64,000 nucleotides of DNA from a virus. Lineage: Duplodnaviria > Caudoviricetes. Numbering within the stretch: position 1 is the first letter of the stretch; every line of letters begins with the position of its first letter. Below, piece by piece: positions 28,000-38,200 of the stretch. The notes under the pieces are model-generated. The model did no database searches, was not told the DNA's origin, and saw nothing but the letters and a program-made list of their open reading frames with translations. The position numbers were made by a program, and so were the translations under genes. Location of the stretch: the IMG/VR virus record IMGVR_UViG_3300033076_001039, positions 1 to 64,000 of that record; one strand, 5' to 3'.

Positions 28000-29001
28000 T
28001 TAATTTTTGTTTGTATTTCTTTTTTCTTTTCTTGTTAATTTCATAAAGGGTTTGAGGAAATTCACCCAAGCCTCATCATTCTTGGGTAGATACTTAAATA
28101 GACCGTCCTCCATCATCATCCTCATTAGATTCTTGTAACCCCTATCTGTTGGGTCTATCGTATCGGTCAAAATCTGTTCAACTAATTCTTTTCCATTCTC
28201 AGTAATTAAAGGGTTAGTAAGGTCAACTATCTTTTTGTTTGTACTATAAAACTGTTCTCCAAGTATAGTTGATTTTGTTTTACCAGTCAAAAGATTGGTC
28301 AAAGTTTTTGAAGGTTTGGTTTGCGGGATATTTCGTGCACAATCCAAAATTTCTTCGATAGTGCATGGTTTCTCTTGCAATTGTGGAAACATCTTAACTA
28401 AGGTTTTTTCTCCAAGTCCTTGAATTCCATCGATGTTATCCGATTTGTCACCAGTGAACACTTTAGTAATTAATACATTATAGTGGGGGATGTCAACCTT
28501 GTTAATTGATATCATATCTCCCTTCTTAAAATATTGTTTTGTAATTGGTGAGTAAATGGTCACTCTATCAGAGATAAGTTGTGTAAGGTCTTTATCTGCA
28601 GAAAAAATGATAATTTGTTCGTCTTCAGATATCTTACAATAATGCGCAATTAGGTCATCCGCCTCATTATCTTCAACTTCAATTTGTCTTACAAAAATCT
28701 CTTCAAGATATTGTTTAACTCGAGAGCGTTGGTATAAATATGAATCATACTTATACTCATTCATATTCTCTCGTCTGTTCTCTTTGTATTGTGGGTATAT
28801 AGATTTTCTGATAGATGAATTTGATTCTCCATCCCAAAACACAACGACCTTATCATGGTTGTGTTCTTCAAGGAATTTACGGAGTATATTCACAAAGTGA
28901 AATACTCCGCCCACGTGGTCTCCGTTGTTAAAAACATCTTTGGCTCCGTGGAATCCTATCTTAAATAAGTTATTACCGTCTACTAATAGTGTCTTAATCA
29001 C
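28000..29001 (-). CDS. 5'-3' exonuclease / flap endonuclease (T4 RNase H-like)
   Basis: LLVDGNNL, VFWDG, YKENR, EADDLIA, SADKDLTQL and GDKSDNIDGIQGLGEKT (H3TH). Confidence 0.93.
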   Translation of the reverse strand: MIKTLLVDGNNLFKIGFHGAKDVFNNGDHVGGVFHFVNILRKFLEEHNHDKVVVFWDGESNSSIRKSIYPQYKENRRENMNEYKYDSYLYQRSRVKQYLEEIFVRQIEVEDNEADDLIAHYCKISEDEQIIIFSADKDLTQLISDRVTIYSPITKQYFKKGDMISINKVDIPHYNVLITKVFTGDKSDNIDGIQGLGEKTLVKMFPQLQEKPCTIEEILDCARNIPQTKPSKTLTNLLTGKTKSTILGEQFYSTNKKIVDLTNPLITENGKELVEQILTDTIDPTDRGYKNLMRMMMEDGLFKYLPKNDEAWVNFLKPFMKLTRKEKRNTNKN

Positions 29002-29031
29002 ACTCGTGATTTAAAATGGTGAAACAATATA

Positions 29032-30033
29032 TTAATCCTCTTTTTCTTCTTTCAAATCGAAATCTCCATCGACTCCGATAATTTCTTTCCAATAGTCAGC
29101 ATACTCTTTCTTGTACGCTTCAATTGATGCCTTTTCTTCTGATGCTTCTTTACCCGCTAAGAATCCGTGTGGTGTCACGATAATTTTACCATCTTCATAA
29201 CCTAATCCGTTGATGTGATTTTTCATTACAGATACTTTTGTTCTGATAGCAAATTTAACACTTCTTTTGTCTTTTGTTGCAGTTATTTTATTTGTTCCCG
29301 CACCTTTTTGATTTCCAAATAAGAAAACCAAAGATGAGTTTAACCAAATCGCCTCACCACCTTTTGCTTTAATTTTTGGTTGACCGAATGGATTATCAGG
29401 AAGTTCAACCCAAGGTTGATTCACAATAACCAAAGTGTTTTCATATTTTGAATCAGATTTACGTGAACCTGAAATACGTTGGTTGATACCCATACCAATC
29501 TTATCTGCTAATACAGATGCGTTGTGTTGTTTACCACCTTTACCGTCATAAGTCATCTTACAAGGTACAGAACCAACTGAATCCCACAAGAACAATAAAC
29601 TGTAATCCAATTCACCTTTTTCTTGTGCATCTAACAAACTATTGATATAGTCAGTAATTTGTTCGATGTAATCAAAGTCATTGTTGAAGATATAGAATCC
29701 GTCCCAATCAATTTCACCTGTTTCCTCGTCAACAACTTCTTCACATTCAAAACCCATAAGTTTGGCATGTTCAAAAGACCATTTCTGTTCGGTAATGATG
29801 AATACAGGAAGAATACCTTTCTTCTGAGCATCAACCGCAGATTTAACCAACGCAGTTGTCTTACCTGTATCTGAGTGACCCAAGAACATATTTAAGTGTC
29901 CGATAGCAGGACCTGGTAGTCCAACCGCATCCAAGAAGTCAGGACCCAAATCAAAAAACCTTTGTGGTTTATATTTCGCAGAGGTAGAAAACTTTTTCTT
30001 TACCGCACTGAAATCGTTTTTCTTAATTGCCAT
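29032..30033 (-). CDS. recA: RecA/UvsX-like recombinase
   Basis: GHSDTGKTT, LWDSVG, IVNQ, KGGEAI, KNHING. Confidence 0.88.
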   Translation of the reverse strand: MAIKKNDFSAVKKKFSTSAKYKPQRFFDLGPDFLDAVGLPGPAIGHLNMFLGHSDTGKTTALVKSAVDAQKKGILPVFIITEQKWSFEHAKLMGFECEEVVDEETGEIDWDGFYIFNNDFDYIEQITDYINSLLDAQEKGELDYSLLFLWDSVGSVPCKMTYDGKGGKQHNASVLADKIGMGINQRISGSRKSDSKYENTLVIVNQPWVELPDNPFGQPKIKAKGGEAIWLNSSLVFLFGNQKGAGTNKITATKDKRSVKFAIRTKVSVMKNHINGLGYEDGKIIVTPHGFLAGKEASEEKASIEAYKKEYADYWKEIIGVDGDFDLKEEKED

Positions 30034-30250
30034 AATGTCTTGAATAAAATTCTTTTAGGGTTACAAGTTTATCTGAAGCGTCTGCAAGTTTTCCAACAAA
30101 GTTGTCCATCTCTTCCAAGTGTTGTGGGTGTTCTCCAATTCCAACCGCATTCTCCATATAAACCATTAATGTTGCTTCAGCTTCAGCAACTTCACTCTCA
30201 TATTTTAATACGAGAGATTCATACATTCTTTTTCCTATTCTATGTTCCAT
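30023..30250 (-). CDS. Small helical hypothetical phage protein
   Basis: 75 aa with YMENAVGIGEHP; A-rich leader; overlaps the recA start. Confidence 0.7.
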   Translation of the reverse strand: MEHRIGKRMYESLVLKYESEVAEAEATLMVYMENAVGIGEHPQHLEEMDNFVGKLADASDKLVTLKEFYSRHYGN

Positions 30251-30276
30251 GTGTTTTTTTTTTTAATAAAAGAAAA

Positions 30277-30313
30277 GAGCTTGGACACAGTGTTTAAGTT
30301 AGTGTCCAAGCTC
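30277..30313 (-). terminator. Intrinsic terminator/attenuator after ssb
   Basis: GAGCTTGGACAC, 13-nt loop, GTGTCCAAGCTC, then TTTTCTTTT on the minus strand. Confidence 0.75.
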
Positions 30314-30320
30314 AATTAAA

Positions 30321-31175
30321 TTAGAATGGTAATTCAGAGTCAGCCTCATCATTAGCCTGTGGGTCAACGATTGGTGTGGATGATTTACCTCCACCGATAG
30401 AAGTTGTTGATTCTTCTTCGTTACCGTAAACGTAACCACCTTTTTCACTATCCCATTTTGGAGTCTCACCACGAGCAATAGCTTCAAGGTATTCAACAGG
30501 TTTTTTAGAATATACATCCATCCAAGTCAACTCGTCATTAATCCAAGCGTCAGCCTGAGCTTTGTCTTCATGAACTGCAGTTGGGTCATCGTACATGATT
30601 GTTGATATACTCGTATACTCTTTACCTGCAGGTGTTTTAGATTTGGTCAATTCGATGATAAGGTCACGGCCTTTTTCAGGGTCAGTAATATCACCTTTGT
30701 TTCTCCAAATCGGAATGATTTTATCCAAAATACCATCATTCTTATAGTTGTGTTTAAATCGCCAGAATTTTACACCATCTTCTTCGTTATCACGGTCAAT
30801 AACTTTCACGATGTAAAACTTACGTGATTTATATTGTTTTGCCAATTCTTTGTCGGATTCTTTACCCGTAGACATCAACTCCTCGTAAACCTCATTCAAA
30901 GGTGAACGCTCGTTGTCATTTTTTCCTGGGTCATAAAATTTGTTCCACTGACCACCTACTTGAATTTCGTGGTACCATGCTTCTTTGAATGGTGAAGAAC
31001 CATCATGTGTTGGTAGGATACGTACTCTACGTTGTCCTGATTTTTCCTTATCGCTAAGGATACAAGCGAAATACTTTTTCATTCTTTCATCTTGCGACAT
31101 CTTACTTTGGGCCCCGCCCCCTGCTTGTTGTGCTTTTTCGTACTGTGCCAATACGGCGTCTAATGAACTCATCAT
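30321..31175 (-). CDS. ssb: Single-stranded DNA-binding protein (T4 gp32-like)
   Basis: RVRILP...PF..AWYH, FYIVKVIDRDNEEDGVKFW, DITDPEKGRDL, acidic tail ending SELPF; next to recA. Confidence 0.8.
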   Translation of the reverse strand: MMSSLDAVLAQYEKAQQAGGGAQSKMSQDERMKKYFACILSDKEKSGQRRVRILPTHDGSSPFKEAWYHEIQVGGQWNKFYDPGKNDNERSPLNEVYEELMSTGKESDKELAKQYKSRKFYIVKVIDRDNEEDGVKFWRFKHNYKNDGILDKIIPIWRNKGDITDPEKGRDLIIELTKSKTPAGKEYTSISTIMYDDPTAVHEDKAQADAWINDELTWMDVYSKKPVEYLEAIARGETPKWDSEKGGYVYGNEEESTTSIGGGKSSTPIVDPQANDEADSELPF

Positions 31176-31209
31176 GTTTTATATATTTAAGTTTTTAATT
31201 TGTTCTACA

Positions 31210-31238
31210 ATTATAGTCTAGTTTTACCACTTTGTCAA
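31210..31238 (-). promoter_or_regulatory. Consensus sigma70-type promoter driving the replication operon
   Basis: Minus strand TTGACA (31238-31233), 17-nt spacer, TATAAT (31215-31210), ~35 nt upstream of ssb. Confidence 0.85.
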
Positions 31239-31240
31239 AT

Positions 31241-31269
31241 AAAAAAAGGTCGCCTTTTGAGCGACCTTT
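31241..31269 (-). terminator. Intrinsic terminator upstream of the replication promoter
   Basis: AAAGGTCGC-TCAAAAG-GCGACC followed by T7 on the minus strand. Confidence 0.85.
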
Positions 31270-31287
31270 CACATTTGTTAATGTTTG

Positions 31288-31989
31288 TTATTTGTATTTG
31301 AATTCGTCTTCAAATCCACTTCCTTGGAAAGAATTCTTTATATCATTAACATTGATGTCAGTAACGTCATCAGGTGTTAAAACATAATCATTTTTTCCTG
31401 TCTTTTCCATTTCTTCAGACTTATCGTCAAAAAATTGTGATAACTTTTGATTGAATGGGTATGAATCATAACTTCTTAACTCTAATTTTTCTTGAGGGGT
31501 CTTTTCACGATACTTCTCAATTTTGTTTTCAAGAGCATTTAATTTGTTCATGATTGCGTCCATCTCGCCCAATCTTGATTCCAACTTATTTAATTGTCCA
31601 AACAAATTTTCAAAGTAGTCATCTTGTTTTGTTTGAATATCTTTTTGAGCGGTAACCAATTCAGTAATATCAAGTTCTTCACTATCTCCACCTTCTTCAG
31701 TACCCTTTTCCATAGATTCTCCCTCATCATCAATTTTTTCAACTTCAGGGTCACTGTCCACATCGATTGGAGTTGCGGGTGCAGCTGCGTCAGTCGCAGG
31801 TGCCTCACCACCAGGAGGAGGTGGGGGAGTTGCTCCCGCCTCAGCTGGTGGAGGTGGGGGTGCCGCTCCTGCGTCAGGGGCAAGTGCCGCCAAATCATCA
31901 GGATTAGGTTCTGTTGCCTGCTCTAAAATATACTTATTGATACTTCTGTATCTTTCTATTTCACTTAAAATTTTTCTATCTATGCTCAT
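31288..31989 (-). CDS. Acidic Pro-rich coiled-coil protein, possible head core/internal protein
   Basis: N-terminal KILSE...YILEQ, a poly-Pro/Ala disordered region and a C-terminal heptad stretch. Confidence 0.55.
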   Translation of the reverse strand: MSIDRKILSEIERYRSINKYILEQATEPNPDDLAALAPDAGAAPPPPPAEAGATPPPPPGGEAPATDAAAPATPIDVDSDPEVEKIDDEGESMEKGTEEGGDSEELDITELVTAQKDIQTKQDDYFENLFGQLNKLESRLGEMDAIMNKLNALENKIEKYREKTPQEKLELRSYDSYPFNQKLSQFFDDKSEEMEKTGKNDYVLTPDDVTDINVNDIKNSFQGSGFEDEFKYK

Positions 31990-31993
31990 TTTA

Positions 31994-32218
31994 TTAGCCG
32001 TTTAATAATTGCTTTATACCTTTAGATGTTTCAACTCTAACTTTTCTATTGGCAGTTGTTTGGTGACCAGCTCTTTCAATAAGACCGTCTCTTTCTCTAA
32101 CAGTGTAACAATCACCAGTATCTAAATCACAAACTTGTTTAGTACCGTCACCGTTATCTTCTTGTGAAAATCTTGTAGATTTACCAAGGTAGTTGTCTAA
32201 TGCTGTTTTAATGTCCAT
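31994..32218 (-). CDS. Small hypothetical protein (C-x6-C)
   Basis: 74-aa ORF preceded by TATTTAT. Confidence 0.65.
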   Translation of the reverse strand: MDIKTALDNYLGKSTRFSQEDNGDGTKQVCDLDTGDCYTVRERDGLIERAGHQTTANRKVRVETSKGIKQLLNG

Positions 32219-32256
32219 AATAATGTTTCTATATAAATATATCGTTATTTGTTAAA

Positions 32257-35200
32257 TTATAACTGTATGTTCAGTTTGAAGAACTGACTAACTTCTTGTG
32301 GCGGAGTCGCCAAAACTAATAAAGGTTCGGCATTGAATGTGAACTCACAAATAATATTACAATTTGATGGTGGTGTTTGCCAATTACTAGTTATGACTGA
32401 AAGTATATTACTTTGATTCATGAAGAAAGTAGATGGTGATGTAAAATAACCTAAACCTAAACTAATCAATCCGCTTTCATATACTGTATAAGTTTGAGTT
32501 ACATTGTTTGATGTGTTAGTTTGAGTTACTTTGAATTTCAAAGTAGGTGGGACTTGAGTTGGTAATAAAGTATAAGATGAGGTCAATACAGGATTAACAC
32601 TAACATCAATTGACGCTTGGCTCAGTAAATACGTACCATTTTGTGTGACACCAATTAATGGTAATGGTCCTGTTTGTTGTGGTTGAGTGTTTGAGTTTGG
32701 TAATGTGCCAGGTACTGTTGTAGTTTGTACTGGTGCATTTTGTAATGGATTATATGTAAATGTACTTGTAGTTGTACCACTACCGTGAATACCTCCAACA
32801 CTTATTGTATTATTTTGAGGCACTATTGTATTACTGAATGGAACAATAACCACAATATTAGTTGAGTTATTAATTGTAATACCTGTAGTTGTTGTTACCC
32901 CATTTACTGTAACCGCACTTACACCACTTAAATCAGTTCCTGTAAGATTTAATATAGTACCTGTCACACCAGTCAATGGTGAGAATGATGTAACTTTAGG
33001 TGGTAAACATGACGGTGACGGTGCGTTGGTTGTATTCAAGTTGTTGGTTGCACCCGCACCACCATTCGCAATTTGTTGTGCTTGTTTATCTCCCGCAGTT
33101 TTAATTGTATTTGCTGAAGCAACATTTAATTGTACATCACCCGCAGATTTAATACCTTTTTTAACCGTATCAAATAAAGTTTTAAATTCATTTTGATTAC
33201 TGTCAAAATATGATGGGGATATATTAGGATTAGCACTTGTTGCAGGTGTCCAATAACAAGCATAGTATTTCGGTAATCCTAATGGTGCTTCACCATTTTC
33301 ACCATAGAATATTCTATTGATATTTGGTGTCAATCTTGCAATCATAAAATCCAAGAAACCATCTAAGTTTGTAAAGTTAGCAATTGGTGTTGATGTTGGC
33401 GTACCCGTAGAATTTGACACTTCAACGCATGAAGATTGTTTTTGTATGAAATATTTGGTACTTGGTCCCCAATATACTGTTAAATCGACATTCGCAAAGT
33501 TATTATTATAACCATAGAATTTATCTTTGTTATATGTTTTGATATAACACATTAAGTAAATTAATACTTGTAAATCAGAATTATTTGTCTTATTTCTAAT
33601 TGCATCTGCCAACTCTAATGGTGTTAATCCTGTAGTTGCGGATTCTTTAAAATCACCCCATGCACTATAATTCGTATTTAATTTATTAGTACATGAATTA
33701 ACTGCGGCCGCAGTATTAACTCCTTGTTGGCTTAACAACGCTGTCTTATTAATATTAGTGATTGGTTTGTCAGGTGCATTATCTTTTTTGGTTAAAATTG
33801 CACTTTCAATTTGTGTTAAAAGATTCTGATTAATACTTTGAAGTAAGGTATCAATTGCAGGTAAATCATACACACCTTGTCTGATACCACTAAAACTAGT
33901 TTGGAACTCACCAGCAGTTATGGTATGTGTAACGTCAGTAATTAAATAAGGTCCGTTAAACATTGGTACGTGTCTTAAATTAAAATACATCGTAGGTTGT
34001 AATAACGCATTACCAAAACAAACTATGGTACACTTATAACTTCTTCGTTTATATAAGTTATATAAACCAACATTCTGAGTTGCAGTATTTTTACCATTCG
34101 CTTGATTAACCATATCCAATTGAGCTTGAATAGTTTCGGAAGTTGCTTTACCGCTGTCCATGGATACACTAAACGAATAGAAAATATTTTGATTTCTAGT
34201 ACCAATATCAACATTAAATCCAACACATCTATTAGATACCGCCCAATCTTTTTTACCTGATTGATTTTCAATTAGTGGGTTTTCAGATGCCCTTCTTAAT
34301 TCAAACGCATCACTTCTAAATCTAGCATTACCTTTAGGTAAGTCTAATTGAGATGATGGTAGTCCAGCATAAAAACAAACCATTTTAGGACTTGATTTTC
34401 TGTAGTCGACATCCAAGAACGTACCCCACATGTTATCGGCAAACTGTAATGAACCCTCAGCGTTTTGTGAAATTGTAGTTCCATCCGCATCTTGGACATT
34501 ATAGAAGTTTACGTATGCAGGTAATGGCATAACATTAAACTTATTTTTAATTAAGATACCACTTAAGAATGTAAACACACTCATCTCCATATTCAAAGAA
34601 GTCTCTTCAAAAGTTTTTGTACCTAACAAACTATCTTTTAATGAAAAAATATCTACGATGATAGTATCTCCAATATTTCTTGATGCTCTATCCAAAAATA
34701 AGAAGTCCTCAAATAATGTTTTAGTACTGAAATCACCACCCGCAATCCATTTATCATTCAAAGCTTTGAATACCTCGTAGTTTTCAACTTTACTTTGTTG
34801 ACCATCGATAACACTTTGAATAGATTTTTCAGGAAGTTGTTGTTGGTTTGGTAGGTCAGCTCTAACTCTGTTTAAAACTTGATTCAAGAAAAGATTTTGG
34901 AGGGAGGTTGTCCCATCCAAATAAGTCTGAAGTCTTGTTTTAAATTCACTACTATTTAGTGTTGGTGTTATTAATTTTTGAGTAGCATATTGTTTAATCA
35001 ACTGAGAACATAGGACAATATTATTAACGGAAAATTCAATATTATTATCAATAAAGAAATCCGTAATATACGAACCTTGGTCTGTATAAACTAAATTCTT
35101 AATAGTTGAAAATCCCACTTCTGTTTCTAAAGCTAACCATTGTGATGGAAATTGAGCCTTAGATTGGGCTACTGTTATAGTACCATTTGAGGATGGTAAG

Positions 35201-38200
35201 GTATTAGGAACGTAAGGACTAAACACTATTGGGTCTGTAACCACATTAGGTCCCCCATTCGACGCCAAGAAAGAGTCAACAATCCTACGTTTATAGTTGG
35301 CAGGATTACCATACTTCAAGATAACATCGTATTCTAAAAACGATTTAATCGTTGTGGAAAAAGATGATAATTGAGTATTAGCAACAGAATTAAAATATTC
35401 CGTATTTGTTTGGTCAGTATTACCGTTAATGGACATTAAACTTCTAAATAGGTATTGGAAATTCCTAAATATCGCATTATTATCCACGGGTGACTCGCCG
35501 ACAGGAACTACCACTTGAGGCCCTAAATCTATATCGGCAATTGGTTTACAGAAATTTAAAAATTCTTGCTCAAACTTATCAAGAATACTTTTATCAAAAA
35601 CTGAAAATATTTCTTCAATGTTTGAGTATTCATCAGAATCTAAAAATCTGAAAGCTGATTGTTTAGTATTACCTGTTAAAATTTTATTAACATATTTTTC
35701 AGGACTTGGTTTAACAATACTTGTGTTGTTAAAATATCCATAATTAGGTGCTGACCATAACATTCTCACAGAACCATTATAGATTGATGGATTATCTAAA
35801 AACGGTATTACTTGAATGTTGTTTTGTAATAACTCAGAATTAACTTGATTGATGGGTGAACCAAATGACGGAACCACAAAATATTTAATACTCGTGGTAT
35901 TTTGATTTGGTGAACAATTACCCGACAAAGCATCTAAATCCATTACAGTGTCAGGTAAAATTACTGACCATGTTTGAATCGTGGAAAGTGGCGGATTGCC
36001 AGATAATAAATTAACGATAGAACCACTAGGTATAATATTGGAATTAGTAAAGTTATATACTTTCATTCCTCCCCCAATACTTGCCTGTATTTCCGCATCA
36101 GTATAATCTTTGTATAAGTCATACCCATTATAAAATACGTTAAAGTCATTAATAACTTTAGGATAAAATCCTGTTTGTATTTTTGGTGTCGATGGGTTGG
36201 TTACGTTTTGTAATGTAATATTTTTTACCCCCTCAAATTCAAATTTATATGTCTTTGTATCCGAACTTGTAATTGGGTCAAAATTAGTTTTATAGTCAAA
36301 GTTTGTCCAAGCACTATCCAAGAAATCAACCCCTGTCGATTTGAATGTTTTATATCGATACCATACTGAACCCATTTTAAGAACCCAAGCATATGGCATT
36401 TTATGAATTGCCCCAAATTTCTTAAAACAAGATGCAATATAATCCAATTCACTTGATGCTCCATCTGTACGATATCGTTCTTTTAAAGATGCTAATGGTA
36501 AGGAATTGATGAATAAATAAGCGGCTTGAACATACGGGTACTTATCTTTTTTCCTCCAATTATAGACACCATTTTGAATTGCATTCACCATATATGGTGT
36601 ATTCAACATTGATGTTGTTGTTTCAGTGGTAATATTACCTATAGGTTTTATGTGAGTAACATACCCTTCTGTAGGTACAAACTTATCGGGATTTTTTCTT
36701 CCAGTATAAAAAACATTCAAACCTGTTGCCAAAACTTCAGTAACAGGGTTAGAGACATTTAGATAAGAAAAATTAGTAACAGGTCTGTTTGTCGTATAGT
36801 TATATACACTATTAAAGTTGGATATTACGTTTCTTTCTTTAAAGACAGTTAGTACTTGTTTTGTATTATATACGTCATTACCCTTATTTTTATCACTTTG
36901 ACTCATATTCGCAGAAACCCATGATGGGTCCGTAAATGGATATGTGTCAATTATTAACGGGTCATTAGTTGCGTTTTTAACTAACTGTTCAAGGGCCTCA
37001 TACTTTGCAGTTATTTGAGGTTCTTTACCTAATTCATTTGTGGTTAAAATGTTGAATGAATTCTCCGTTAAATTTCTAATATAAGGTGTAACAAAAAAAT
37101 CTCTTATATATTCTTGATATGCTCGTCCAGTACCTTGGTTTGATATATTTGAAAGGAACTGTTCATAGTTTTGAGCGGTTATATCGTAATTTTTAAGTTT
37201 AAGAGTTAAGAAAGGTGAACTAACACCTAAACTAGTTACAATATTACTTGTTTCTGAACTAAGAACTAATTCAGTTAATTGGCTTAATTGATTTCCATTT
37301 GCACGTATGAATCCAGAATAATTTGAAGTTAAGAATTGTCTCTCCCATATTTCATAGAAAAACTTAATCTCTTCTTTATTAGCATATGCAACACCATTTG
37401 ACGGGTATTCAATTGCATTTATATTAATAATATTTGTAGTCGCCTGACTATCTGTAGGAACTTGAGCAATAGGTGGATTGAACTTTTGAGTTAACCCTCT
37501 CATATATTCCTCAACAAATTCTACTTCAGGCCATTTATCATATAGATAACCTTTAGTAATGTTCACAACTGAAGGGTCTGCAATGTATTTAAGTTGGAAC
37601 CTACCTTTCTTATCATCAGGTGTTTCAACAAAAAATTGAGGCCATGGGTATACTGGTATTTGACCTGTCGATAAACCCTGATTTTGATTTTGGGACTGTT
37701 GTGATGTCTTATAATTATCAACAGTATCGGTGCCAGGTGCCGACGATGGATTATCTAAAATTGCTAATCTTCTAACAGGGTCATATTTTACATTCCAAGC
37801 ATTAGTGTGAACTTCATCCATTAATCGAATAAACGCCTCCGCAGATGCCATGACAACTGCAGAAATATTTCTAACAGTAGGCTTAAACCCAATACCTAAT
37901 GTTGGGTCTTCAATTTTTTTAGAAAAATCCGCAGTAAGTTTTGTTTCATACTCAGTCAACTTTCTATTGGCTTCCGCCTCCATTTGATATATTAAATTTT
38001 CAAATCTTGGAATTGATGAATTTGTTACTGACGAACTTTTAAAAATAAATAAAGGTGGTATTACAACATTTACAGATTTTTCAGGACTAGTAACTAACTC
38101 TTGATTTAATGTAACCTCTAATGAAGGTGATAATGTTTTTTCTAAATAAGTTTTAGTTATTTTTGTATCTGCAGTGGTAGGTGCTAACTTACCGCTCTGT

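Noticed and set aside
22727-30033. Inteins or introns in nrdA, nrdB, helicase or recA (polB also checked)
   Set aside because: Lengths are ordinary, catalytic motifs are contiguous and no splicing or homing-endonuclease motifs are visible.
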